Below are positions 50,501-63,501 of a DNA stretch of 64,000 bases, one piece after another (the first letter of the stretch is position 1; each line of letters opens with the position of its first letter). Both the position numbers and the translations under genes were made by a program. The notes under the pieces are model-generated. The model saw nothing but the letters and a program-made list of their open reading frames with translations. It was not told where the DNA came from and searched no databases. Origin of the DNA: Callorhinchus milii. Taxonomy: Eukaryota. Location of the stretch: the NCBI RefSeq assembly GCF_018977255.1, contig NW_024704742.1, positions 7,504,001 to 7,568,000 on the forward strand, in the 5' to 3' direction.

Positions 50501-51224
50501 AAAATCGCATTGTATGTGATGCTTTACAAATAGCCCAGTGATGCTAAATGTTTTCAAGGCTATAAAAATAGGCTGCCAATTGTTCCTGCGTTGTATTGTT
50601 ATGACGATCGTTGCAGACTTCCCATTCATAAAATGCTTTTGTACCTGCAGCTGCCTGTCCTGAATAAGCCATTGTTGGCCAGCCTGAGACTTCCAGGAGC
50701 AAGGAGGAAGGATGTGACGGTGATCCTTTCAGTGCAGGTGCTGGCTGACTGAACTTCTCACTGATGACTGTTGGCCCCTGAATCAGGACCTCTGCCTGAC
50801 GTGAAAAAATGCAGGCACTTCTTCACGATGTGGCAACCGTGTGTCAGCCTGGCTCAATCGGATGCGGTCTTGTCTCTGAGCCAGAAGATTGTGGGTTCAA
50901 CTCCCACATAGGGACTTGAACTAACATAGTCTAAAGTGACTTTCCAATGTAGTGCTGGGTTTGTGTTATAATAAATAATAATCCTTGATATAACGCCTTG
51001 TCACGTCTTTGAGATGTCTCAAAGCACTTCACACATATACTGTAAAGTGTAGAACATAAGAACATAAGAATTAGGAGCAGGAGTAGGCCTGCCTGCCTGC
51101 CCCACCATTCAATAAGATCATGGCTGATCTATTCTAACTCCACCTACCTGCCTTATCCTGATATCCCTTTATCCACAAGAAATCTATTAATCTTAGTCTT
51201 GAATGTGTTCAAAGATTGAACATC

Positions 51225-52039
51225 TACAGCTCCGCACCTCAGGCGCTGACAGCATCAGCATCCAAGGCTGCACTCTCCACCTCTCAAAGCCAGTCAGGAA
51301 CCTCGGGGTTCTCCCTCATACCCGCGCCACAACTGGCACAGCCTTCCATCACCTCCGGAATGTCGCCAGACTACGGCATTACCTCACCCCTCACGCTGCT
51401 GAAACTCTGGTCCACGCCTTTATCACCTCAAGGCTGGACTATGGGAACTCTCTCCTCGCCGGCCTTCCCGCCACCTCCCTCCACACTGCAGGTCATTCAG
51501 AACTCTGCAGCTCGTGTACTGTCCCGCACCAGACACCGCGACCACATCACTCCCACCCTCGCTCGCCTCCACTGGCTCCCCATCCCCCAGAGGATCGAAT
51601 TCAAGATCCTCATCCTCACCTACAAGGCCATTCACGGCCTCGCTCCCTCCTTCCTCTCCGACCTACTATCCCCCGATCTACCTGCCCGTACCCTCCGTTC
51701 CTCTGGCTCCGGTCTGCTCCACATCCCCCGCCCCAACCGCCCTACCATCGGTGGCCGGGCCTTCAGCCTCTCAGCCCCGAGGCTCTGGAACTCTATCCCC
51801 CAGTGCCTTCGCCGCTTTCTCCCTTTCTTCCTTCAAGGCCGGTCTCAAGACCTTTCTCTTTGACCGTGCCTTCAGCTCCCCTCTCGACTCTCTACCCCCT
51901 CCTCGCTCCCTCCCTTCCCTCCCCTCACCCTGACCATTTCCCCCCTTGCTCGGGTCCTGACCCAACTGTTCAGCGCCTTGGGACGTCCTCCTGACGTGAA
52001 AGGCGCTCTATAAATGGAATGTTGTTGTTGTTGTTGTTT
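51225..52039 (+). mobile_element. L2 LINE 3' ~800 bp, young, frameshifted
   Basis: VRNLGV, AFHHLRNVARLR.YLT..AAETLVHAFITSRLDYGNSLL, LQVIQNSAAR, LHWLPI..RIEFKIL.LTYK, LWNSIP; stem-loop + (TTG)n. Confidence 0.95.
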
Positions 52040-52185
52040 GATGTTATTTGCTTTAATTTAGTTCCCAGCTCATTGAACTCCCTCCTCAAATCATCAAAAC
52101 TAACCCTACCTATGTCATTGGTACCTATGTGAAGTACCACCAACGGATCCTCACCCTCATGTTTTGGATTCTCTTCCAGCTCCAG
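52040..52185 (-). mobile_element. CR1 ORF1 esterase (SGNH-like) fragment
   Basis: EGEDPLVVLHIGTNDIGR...LRREFNELGTKLK (GxND block). Confidence 0.75.
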
Positions 52186-52187
52186 TG

Positions 52188-52485
52188 TAGTGACTGTGTG
52201 TTTTGTGACCGAAACGCGGCAGCCAATTGCGCACAGCAGTGTCCCACAAACAGTCGTGGATTCAGTGACCGAATTGTTATTATTTGGGGGATGGGAGGAA
52301 ACCCCCGGAAAGCGATCCACCAATTGACTAACAACCATCTTTCTACTTACTGCTAGGTAAACAGAACCGTGTGTGTGGAGTAATGAAATGTGCCTAAGGT
52401 TTCGCCCTGACCGATAATCAAACCCAGGTCTTCTCGCTTGCTTGCTTGCGAGGTGAGCACGCAAACCACTGTCCTACAGGACTCC
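52188..52485 (-). mobile_element. Young SINE lacking its tail
   Basis: Head and body match consensus. Confidence 0.85.
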
Positions 52486-52489
52486 AAAG

Positions 52490-52750
52490 GTGTTGCATTG
52501 ATTGAGGTGCCGTCATTCAGATGAGATATGAAACCAAGCATCTGACTAGGCAGATAGGCCTTTAATGTCTATCTGCCTATTCAGATAGACATTAAAGATC
52601 CCATGGGACTATTCAAAAAGAGAAGAGAGTTTCTCCCGGTGTCTTGGCCAAAACTCCCCTGAATAAAATTGATCACTTATATTCTATGGCTGTTTGTGGG
52701 ACATTGTTATGTGGAAATTGGCAGTCACATTAGCCCACAAAACACATACA
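52490..52750 (+). mobile_element. DeuSINE body with an internal fold-back
   Basis: 'gaggtgccgtc.ttcagatgaga', 'aaagatcccatgg.actattc', 'ggctgtttgtgggacattg'. Confidence 0.8.
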
Positions 52751-54616
52751 GTCTTGGACTAGTTGAGTCCCAATGTGAACCCACAACTTTCCGGCTCAGA
52801 TGCGACTACCACTTGAACCAGGCTGACATTCAATTTCTCCCCAAGAGTGAATGAATTTTGTCACAAAATTCAGCAAGATCTTGCAGAGACACTTAAGCTG
52901 TGGGCCCAGGTTTGTGAATCACCTTTCAGTGCTGTAAATCAGAAATCAGTGCTCTGAACAGCTGCTTTCTGTGCTGTGTGGAACATTTCCTTTGCTGACT
53001 GCGTTTCACCGTTTTTGTTTCCTGAGGGACTAAAACGAGCTTGCGAAACAAGCTTTGCACAAAACAAACAATTTCCTGGACATTTCAGCTTGTGTTCTTT
53101 TGGAGATACATATGTGAGAACATTCAACAAACTAGAGGTATTTGAATGTATTGCTTCCTTTTCTTGTTCTTGTTCACGGAGTCAGGCAAATAATAATAAG
53201 CCTTGAATTTGGTAGAACGTGTTTCACTTGGGGAGGATCTCTCAAAGAATGAGACATCCTTTCCCAACTGTTGACAAGATTCACACCCAATCTTTGACAA
53301 GATTCACTGTGAAATGTAGTAATTATGTATTTTTGTAGTTGAACATAGGAACCGATTTGTGTACAGCGATATCCCACAAACAGCCAAGGCGTAAATGATC
53401 AATTTTATTTGGGTGATTGTTGGCCAGGAGACCGAGAGAAAGACTGTTCTCTTTTTAGTGCGACAGGATCTTTAACATCCACCTGAATGGATTATTATTA
53501 TAAAAATATAAGGAGGCACCAGTGGCAGTCAGAGGACAGCAATGCCACAAACACAAGGGACTACCCTCTCAAAACCATATCTTGCACAGATGATTGTACA
53601 GATTGTCGATCGATGAAAAGCTTTCAATTGGTCTCGGGTAAACAAACCAGTTCTGATTGACTTATATCAGGAATTACGAAGTAAGTTAGGATCTCATTCT
53701 TAATTTTCCATACATTGTCAATAACAGTGAAAGTGGCAAAAGCCATCCATATCTATACCAATAGATACTTTGAGGCAACTTCCATGAATCCTGCACACAT
53801 TCAACAACCATCCATGTCAAAATATATGCTTCACCTCTGGTCCACAGTGCATATTGTTGCATGGTGTTCCCAGATCTTGTTGGAGGTGCTGTTAAAACCG
53901 TGGTCCAGTCTGTTTATTCAGGTGGATGTTTACGATCCGCTGGCACTACTCGAAAAAAAACAGGTGTTTTGTCCTCTATCCCTGTCCCGGCCAACAGTCC
54001 CCCAAATAAGATTGGTTACGTTTGCGTATAAGAAATTGCTGTCATTCCACTTTACGGTAAATCCTGACATGAAAGATGACATACAAGAAAATGCTTATTA
54101 TTCATAGAATCATAGAATCATAGAATTGTACAGCACAAAAAGAGGCCATTCGGCCCATCGAGTTTGTGCCGGCTCTTTGAATAGAGCAATTAATATCAAT
54201 TCCACTCCCCAGCCCTTTCCCCAAAACCCTGCAAATCCGTCCTCCTCAAATACCCATCCACCGCTTTTTGAAAAGTTGTTATCGAATCGGCCTCGACCAC
54301 CCTTTCAGGCAATGCGTTCCAGTTTCAGGCAATGCATTCCATTATTAATAGACAAACCCATTAACGTGTAGTGATTTGCCTGGAGGTTTCAGGTCTAGCC
54401 TGTTTAATCCTAATCACTCAACTCAGGTGACAAAATGGCAATGTTAGGACCCTGAGAGGAACAGATCACTAACCTAGAATGGGACACCAATTTGCTGGTG
54501 TTCCTTGAACAAATCAAGGAATGTTTTAAGGAATACCTCAAATTTGATCCATTTAGTAATGGGGAGTAGAACTCCGTTGATGTATTTAGTCACTCACACA
54601 TGTTATCAGGACATGT

Positions 54617-54998
54617 GGAGTCCTGTAGTTCAGTGGTTAAAGCACTCGCCCTGCAAGCGAGAGACCTGGGTTCGATTCCCGACAGGGCAAAATGTTGGAC
54701 AAGTTTCCTTACTCCACATGCCTCTGTTTACCTAGCAGTAAGTAGGAACCCAGTTGTTAGTCGATTGGCGGATCGATTTTCCAGGGGTAATAAGTTCTTC
54801 ATAAAAAAAAACAATAAATAACTAAATTGGTCACTCAATCCATGACTGTTTGTGGGACACTGCTGTGCGCAATTGGCTGCCGCATATCGTCCACAAGATA
54901 TAGTCAATTCACTTTACAGTATATTCTGTGAAGCGCTTTGAAGCATCTCAAAGATATGATAAGGCGCTATATCAAATGCTAGGATTATTATTATTATT
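54617..54998 (+). mobile_element. Young SINE, long subfamily, full length
   Basis: Consensus head to (ATT)n. Confidence 0.93.
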
Positions 54999-56195
54999 TA
55001 TTCCAGCCTACTATCTGATGCCAGTAATATCAGTTTGCTTGCCAAACCTTTTTAATGAAATGCAGAAATAATAAATTCAAACATAGAGTCATTATTAAGT
55101 TTAAATTAGGTGATGCAAACATCCTGAGATACCAAATACAAAACAATTTGCGTATTGACACGATTGAGGAGAGGAATTCAGTATGATTATATATCTGGTT
55201 GCCACAAGCAAGGCAACAGAAATGCTAGCTTTGAACAGGAATTGGTGGACTTTTCAGCAGTCTATAAACCTGTGCAAACTATAGAGGAAAGCATTCTATG
55301 GATTTGCCCATCTCAAGACCTACTTCTTTGATCTCGTTTTCGGTCATCTTTCCACTCCACACCCCCTTTGGCTCCCATCCACAGCAATGTCAAGCATTTT
55401 GAGACGTCCTCCTGATGTGAAAGGTCACGTAAATTATATTGTTTTTGACTAATTTCCTACGTAGAGTAAAGGAGACCCTACAGTCAGGCTTAGGCACAAC
55501 ACAGAAGGACAACTGGGGAATTATGACAACTGCTCCACAGCATGTTCAGCACATTTGAATGGAAATCACATTTAATCTGGCAATGTAACAAAGAATTTCA
55601 GGTTTACATAATTATTGTTGACTAATACCCTCCTAATCAAATGTATTTGTGAGCTTTATTGTAAACAAATATTCATGTAATTTTTTTTGAAAGAAAACAA
55701 GGATTTCTCTTTCTTTCTGGACTTGGCACAAGAATCAAATTTCAGGGATATTATATTTACAAACTGAAATGAATTTTTGTTTGTATTTAAGAAGTGTCAT
55801 GGGGAATGTGCCAGTGTAAGTGTCTGCATTTGGCACTGTAGTTACTTGCCCACAAATATATGGTCAATTCACTTTAAGCACATTCTGTGAAGCGCTTTGA
55901 AACGTCTAGAAGATGTGAAAAGCGCTATATCAAATGCAAGGATTATCATTATTATTATTGTGTTAGTCTCTTAGTGGTTGTTTGGTTGCACTGCTAATAG
56001 TAATGATAATAATGCTCGCGTTTGATATGGCTCCTTATCACATCCTTGAGACGTCTCAAAGAGCTTCACGGAATATACTGTAAAGTGTATTGACTAGATA
56101 TTTTGTGGGCGAAAATTATTACAAGTATGGCAGGTAGGTGAATGGGCAGAGCTATGTGGGGATGATTGTCAGTGTACAGTCAATCCCTAGCAATA

Positions 56196-56520
56196 GTGTA
56201 TCAGCCTGGTTCAGTTGGTAGCACTCTTACCTCCGAGTTAGAGTCGTGAGTCATGTTCAAGCACCACATTAAGACTTGGAGCTCATATTGTTTAAGCTAA
56301 TACTCCAATGCAGTGTTGCGATGTTCTGCATTGTTGGAGATCTCATGGCACTAATCGACAAGAGAAGGGAGAAGGGAAATTCTCCCAGTGTCTTTGCCAA
56401 CAATCCTCCAACCAAAAATTGGTCAATCACTTCATGGCTGTTTGTGGAACATTGCTACGCGCAAATTGGCTGCTGTGTTTGCCCACAAAACATAGTCAAT
56501 GCACTTTACAGTGCAGTCGA
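56196..56520 (+). mobile_element. DeuSINE with internal deletion
   Basis: Head 'gtatcagcctggttcagttggtagcactc', Deu 3' block. Confidence 0.8.
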
Positions 56521-58821
56521 GACTGTTTAATGTTATACTCTGTCAGACCGGACAGAATTATAACATGATATGTACTATAATAATAGGGGAACTTGCAAAC
56601 ACACCCAGACTGTTCTAAAAGCATTTACAATTTCAAGAATAAGAAAATGTATTAAAAATCCAATATTTAACTTTAATTTCACTGTCATAAGGGTTATTAT
56701 TAAATAAGATCAGTTACTTTAACTGTTCCATCTTCAAAAATGAATAATAATACTCCTTGCATTTGATACATTTCGCTCTGCCGGGATCGAATCCAGGTCC
56801 TTGCGAGGTGAGTGCTCTACCACTTAGATACAAAATAACAGGCACTATGGGCGCTAAAATACTGTACAAACATTACCTATCCTCAACCCACCCTCTGCTC
56901 CCATTGTCACCATCTGCCTGCCCATCAACTCATCCCTTTGAGATATGCTCCCAACATGAAAGGCACTTAACCAAAGGTCAGGATTATTATAATAAATAAG
57001 GACAGATCTTGAAGAGCTTCCTCTGATTCAGCCATAGCGATTACACAAGCTTCTCTTCCTGGGCCATTAAGGGTTGTGGATTTCTGGATGATCTGGAGCT
57101 TATGGAGGGTAGAGCTGGGGAGACTGACAAACAAGGCTTGGAGAAGTCACCTCCAGGGGTGCTAAAAGTATCTTCGAGGTTTTTTGACTGTACTGGGGTT
57201 GAGGAGGTGACAGAGATGGAAAGATTGCAGAGATGGAGGAGAGTAGACTTGGTCAGATCTCAGAAGAAAGAAGTGAAGGAGATTTGAGGGTCAAACCAAA
57301 GGTCAAGGATATGTACTGGCTCCACAAGTTAGAATGAGTAATCAGGGAGGTCAATAGGCTTAGGAGGGATTGGCAAGAGTTGCACAGAAGAACTTTAGCT
57401 TTGTTGATGGTGAGTTGGAGAAAGTTAAGTCTCATCCAAAAGTTGATAACTGATAGGCAGTTTTGAAGGGCAGAGAAAAGGCAGGTTGGAGATGGAGCGA
57501 TAGCTGGAACACCAGCTTGAATTACAACAAACAAATACATATTTCAGTTGTAGTTAACTCTCGAACACAATGTTATAGGACTAGTGACATGGCTGGAGTT
57601 CCCACATATGGAGGTCAGCTGCCCGGTTGCATAGCCAAAAGGAGAAGCAATTAAAAATAACTTGGTGCAGCTGAGTCCTGTAAAATTTAGGGGAAATGAA
57701 TAAAAGGGCCCGATACATAAATCTGTCACTTTAACTCCTTCTTCTGATGTAGCAGAAGTAAAAGAAAATTTAGGAGGAACTTATTTACTTAAAGGGTGGG
57801 AAGAATATGAAATTCACTGCCAGAAGCTGTGATTGAAATTGAAAGCATGAATGCATTTAAGATGAAACCAAACTCTATGAGGGAAAAGGGAACAACAATA
57901 ACAACAATAAATTACACTTGTATAGCGCCCTTCACGTTGGAAAGATGTCCCAGGGTACTGGACTGTCAGGTGTTTTTGGACCCGAACTGGGAGTTGGGGT
58001 CAGGAGTGGTTGAGGGCAAAGGAACAGAGGGGCATAGGAGGGGGATACGGAGAGGTGATTAGGACTGATGGAGGCTCATGTTAGGGGAAAACAAGAAGAA
58101 ATGAATGACCTGTTTCATACTCATAGAGATTATGTAATTCTGTGTAAAATGCTATTTTCACTAATAAGATATTTATACAGCCAAGAATTTCCCCAAATTT
58201 ATTATTAAGATTCTTAAAATTGTACCGACCACCCTTTTTGCCAAGAAATAAACATCTCATTCCTGAGTCATGATGTTACTGGTGACTATGTTATTGATTT
58301 TTTAGATCATTTTAATGCCAGAGACCTGGATAGGAAGCAATCCTGGCCAAAGGAGAAATAGGTCTCTAATAACTAAAAGGAGGTAAGGGTCACATGTAAA
58401 ATAAGTTGTAGCAGTCTTTAATCTGTATTATGCAGACATCCACAGCACAAAGCAGTTGACTGTTCAGTGGTCTGAAATGCCCAACAAATGAGCAAGCAAT
58501 TACTGTAATGTGAAATTGGTTTCAAACTGCCTTGTGAGGAAACTAAAGAGGATTCCTTGAATACAGATGGATAAATATTCCCTATTCTTTTATTCCCTTT
58601 GCATATTTGTACATGAAAGAGTATTAGTGGGATTTTTAAGGCCAGAGGCTATGTAAAAGTTTAGGTAGGCTTTATATTTTCTGAACATGGTGTAAATGAT
58701 GTGCACCATGTCTCCAGAGCAAACTTATTCAGATATTTTTGATATAAACGGACTTATGATTTAGGTAATTATTTACGCCAGCATCTGCCATAATAATATT
58801 GTATTCTCTCTCATCGTATTC

Positions 58822-59174
58822 TCTGTAGCTCATTGGTTACAGCATTTGCCTCGCAAGCGAGAGACCTGGGTTCTATTCCAGGCCGTACGAAATATTGGGC
58901 AAGTTTCCTTACTCCACACACTTCTGTTGGCCTAGCAGTAAGTAGGAAACTGGTTGTCAGTCGATTGGCGGTTTGCTTTTCCAGGGATAACAATCCCTAA
59001 AAAAAAAATTTGGTCACTCAATCCACGACTGTTTGTGGGACACTGCTGTGCGCAATTGGCTGCCGCGTTTCGCCCACAAATATACCATCAATCACTTTAC
59101 AGTATGTTCTGTGAAGTGCTTTGAGACGTCTAGAAGACGTAAAAAGCACTATATCAAATGCAAGGATTATTATC
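58822..59174 (+). mobile_element. Young SINE, long subfamily
   Basis: Consensus head to tail. Confidence 0.92.
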
Positions 59175-60156
59175 ACCTATGTTAATTTCTTTGTTACGTC
59201 GTAGAGCAAGGGTAGATTCCCCCCATAAATTCTCATCTGGTGACTCCCCCCTTGCTAACATTAGAAATTTATAGCACAGAATTCAGTCCCAGTTGCTTGT
59301 GTTACCTCTTTGAAAGAGCTATCCATTCTGCCCTTTCCTTATACCCCATTTTATTTCTCTAAAACGTTTCTGAAACCCTTCAGTTAGGAATGTAAGGTGT
59401 GAAACTCTGAAGACATATGTAAAATAGTAAAAAAAAGCTTCTTGTCTGTGAGTAAACCTTCAATAGTCTATTGTTCAAAACCAATGCTTTGCTGAATGGG
59501 TAATGTACTACTTTCTTACCAGACATGCATTTGTTCCTTTCATATATTTTCCTGTTGTTCATTTAAATTCAACTAAGCCACAGGCTCAAAAAACAGATAA
59601 CTGAGACCACCACAAAGGGTTGACTCGATTCCAACATTCCTTTGCCAAGCACATCATCTTCGAGGCAGCTTAGCTTCTAGGAGACTGTTCCCTACAGGGA
59701 AGATAGTCCTTCTGGGTAAATATTACCTGGTGTCGATCCTGAAATTGTCCTTTGAAACTCAATCTGCCCCTCGAGTTCTGCATTATCAGCACATCTGAAA
59801 GGATTGTTCTGGTTTACTTTCTTAATCCTATTTGAAATCTTATACATGTATATCTATATATCTATAAAGTCCTCACTGACATGTCTCTTTTCAAGCCCGC
59901 CTAATCACTGATCCTCTAACACTCAAATTATCCTTATTGCTCTCCCCTGCACTGCCTCGAGGATCCTGCCTGAATCTAGGCCTTATTATGTAGTGAGCAG
60001 AGCTGAATGTAATACTCAGATGCAGTTTGACGTCAGTACTGAATGGCTTGAGTATAAGTCCTGAGTACCTGAACTCAATTGATTTAATAATATAGCCCAG
60101 CATCCTGTTTGCCTTGTTTATTGCTGCCTCACGCTGACACAGTGAAGACCGAGTCA

Positions 60157-60294
60157 TTCTAACGAAGGGTCATGGAGCCGAAACATTGAACCATTTTCCT
60201 TTCTCCATAGATGCTGCCTGACCTGCTGAGTTTTCCCAGCAAACTCTGTTTTTGTTTCAGATTTCCAGCATCCACAGTGTTTTGCATTTTATTT
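60157..60294 (+). mobile_element. Penelope-like element terminal repeat remnant with degenerate minimal hammerhead ribozyme
   Basis: CTAACGA-A-GGGTC-ATG-GAGCC-GAAAC-ATTG followed by 'agatgctgcctgacctgctgag..ttcccagca...gatttccagcatc', which I recognise as a cartilaginous-fish PLE end. Confidence 0.7.
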
Positions 60295-60700
60295 AAAACG
60301 TTGCTGTGATGGGAGAAGAGTGGAGTGCGTTATTCTGCAGGGATGACATCAAATGGGGCAAAAAGGCTTCATCATCTGAACTAATCTTGTGGTTTTGTGT
60401 ATAACAGATTCTCTGATTTCACCAATTTTCTGCCGTGCCATCTTGACATTAGCCTTAGAAAATACCTTTCTCAGGTGGAAAAATGTGCTACTCACTTTGT
60501 ATATCTCCAGCAGACAAAAGGAGACAGTTGAGCTGATAGATTTTGTTAGGAAGAATAGGAAGATCAAGTATCTGTTAGGCGGTAATATTTTAAAAGGAAT
60601 AAAAAGAAGAGAGACTTAGGGATTAACATACACAAATCTTTAACAATGGAAGGCAGTTGGTCAAAGCTATGAAGAAAGCTAATGGAGTCCTCAGTTTTAT

Positions 60701-60876
60701 AAATAATCCTTGCATTCGATATAGTGCTTTTTACGTCTTCTAGACGTCTCAAAGCGCTTCGCAGAATATGCTGTAAAGTGAATTGACCGTGTATTAGTGG
60801 GCGAAATGCGGCAACCAATTGCGCACAGCAGTGTCCCACAAACAATCATGGATTGAAAGTGACCAATTTATTATTG
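60701..60876 (-). mobile_element. Young SINE, 3' half
   Basis: Consensus tail and body. Confidence 0.85.
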
Positions 60877-62234
60877 TCTTGTGGGACATAGAATACAATA
60901 CCAAACATATATAAACTACGCCTTATACTCTTACCGAATTACACCTCATACTCTCCAGAATTGTATAAGCAGGGTTAGCCCTCCAGAGGAGAGGATAGAC
61001 ATTCCATTCAGGACACAGGGAACTTTTAATAACTTGCACATATGGAACTCAGTCTGGCTTGGATATTCTTCAACATGGTGATGGGTTTCGCCATTTGTCA
61101 TTTGTGATGGGTTTCAGCATTTGTCAGACACCTGACTGACCAAGACATGAGCCAGGACAGACCTGATGAGCTAAATGGCCTTATGCTGTGCTACAGATGT
61201 CTATGGTTCTATGGTACTAGGTATTATTCCAAGCGTACAAATATCCCCACAAAGACAGTCATCACCTAAAGGAAAGGAATTAGAGGAATACTTGACTGAG
61301 CAGAGAACTAGATGTGTAAGAATAGGAACATGTGTTGACCCTGTGCCATTTGAACAATGAACATGCCATCTGTGGAATGGTCTGAATAAATTGGATTTTA
61401 ACGTGACAATGATATTGAAGGATTTCACCTTTAGATCTGAAGTGCTGTGATCTGTCCAGCGCCTTGGGACGTCCTCCCGACATGAAAGGCGCTATACAAA
61501 TGCAATCTTGTTGTTGTTGTTAGATGGTGAGGGAAAAATAAAAATTTTAGTGTTTTATTCCTTCAAAGTTTTCTCTTAAAACCTTCAGAAGACAAAAGTT
61601 ATCCCAAAGACAAGCATTTTCATAGAGAGAAGATAAAGGCACTGACATTTCTCTTGCTCTCTTATCCTGCAAGGTGAAACATCAATATCACATTCCAATC
61701 TAATTTATTCCGGTCATTCCACAAATGACATTTATATTGTCCAAATAGCACAAGTCCACACTTGTTCTTATTCTTCCATATACCATACCAGGCACAGGCA
61801 AGTATTCCTCCAATTCATTTTTACAGGAGTTAATCAATAGCTTTAAGTTATTTGGATGGGAGTCTATTGATTTTGTGCTTGTGTCCTCAACTCCTGCATT
61901 TCTAGTGTAAATTAAACGACCTGCTTTATTCAGACTATCCTCGCCTTTTAGTATCTTTCAGAGATGAATCATGTCTCGCTCAAACTTTCTTCAATTTATA
62001 TCAAGTCCCTTGAGTCAGCTTCTCTCCACAAATTAGCATGTTAAGTGCCAAAATCATCACCGTTCTTTCTTACATGTGTTTTTCTCCAATGCAACGTCCT
62101 TATATTCAGGTGGTTTTGAAGTGCATTTTGTAACTTGTATTAAAAAACTCAAGTGAATGGCTAAATTTGACAGAATAGGACACTGTCAAGGTAGAAAGAG
62201 TAAAAAGAAAATGCTGCACGCTGTTGAGTTTCCT

Positions 62235-62820
62235 TGTCCTGGCTTGACTACGCCAATTGCCTGCTCGCTGGACTTCCCAACTCTTCCCTCCACAAGCTGC
62301 AGATTATTCAGAACTCTGCAGCTCGTGTCCTCTCCCGCACCGGGCTCTGCAAACTAATCACCCCTCTCTTGCCTGGCTTCACTGGCTGCCCATCCCTTAG
62401 AGAATTGAGTACAAAATCCTTGTTCTCACCTTCGAAGCCCTCCACGGTCTTGCTCCCCCCTACCTCTCCGAGCTCCTATCCCCATATCAGCCTGTCCGCA
62501 TGGTAGACACCAGCCTGCTTCAGGTCTCTCACACTTCTCTCCCCACCATTGGTGTTCAGGCATTCAGTATCTCTGCCCCACACTTTGGAACTCTATTCCA
62601 CAATCCCTCCGCCTCACCCCCTCTCTTACCTCCTTCAAGTCCCATCCAAACACCTTCCTCTTCCACCGTGCCTTCAGTCACCTTCCCACCCCCACGCCCC
62701 ATGCCTCCATCCCTCCTGACCCCAACTCCCAGCTCGGGTCCAGAAACCCCTGACTGTCCAGTGCCCTGGGACGTCTTTCCGATATGAAGGGCGCTATACG
62801 TGTGTAATTTGTTGTCGTTT
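62235..62820 (+). mobile_element. L2 LINE 3' ~580 bp
   Basis: LDYANCLLAGLPNSSLHKLQIIQNSAARVL; terminal stem-loop. Confidence 0.92.
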
Positions 62821-63128
62821 CAAAACCTGTGCATTAAAGAACATAAGAAAGGCTTGAACAAGAAAGGTCATCCAGCCCATCAAGCCTGCTCCATCCTAAG
62901 CCATGCAAATGGTATCATGTTTGCCCAGAAAATACACAGGAGCCTATTTTTGAGTGGGTGTAAAACCAGAGCACTGTTCATTTGGTAGCAAGTTGATCAT
63001 CTTGCTCAGAGAGACCTCACACTAGCTGATGTGAAGCAAAGATTTCACAGGAGAGATAATCCTCTGAAGATGTGGGTTGAGGCAGAGTATAAACAACTAT
63101 ATTCTGAGTGTCACTACTGCCAGACATA

Positions 63129-63501
63129 GGAGTCCTGTAGCTCAGTGGTGAGAGAACTCATCTCACAAGTGAGAGGACCTGGATTCTATTCCCGACATAG
63201 CGAAATGTTGGGCAAGTTTCCTTATTCCACACGCCTCTGTTTATCTTGCAGTAAGTAGGAACCCAGTTGTAAGTCGGTTGGTGGATCGCTTTTCCAGTGA
63301 TAATAATTCCTTTAAAAAAAATAATAATAATAAATTGGTCACTCAATCCAGGACTCTTTGTGGGAAACTGCTGTACGCAATTGGCTGCCGTGTTTCGCCC
63401 ACAAAATGTACAGTCAATTCTTTTACAGTATATTCTGTTAAGCGCTTTGAGACATCTCAAAGACATGATAAAGTGCTATATCAAATGCAAGGATTATTAT
63501 T
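63129..63501 (+). mobile_element. Young SINE, long subfamily, full length
   Basis: Consensus head to (ATT)n. Confidence 0.92.

Noticed and set aside
61076..61126. Short tandem duplications (also near 13895, 26541, 53270, 54305)
   Set aside because: Ordinary slippage duplications with no further structure
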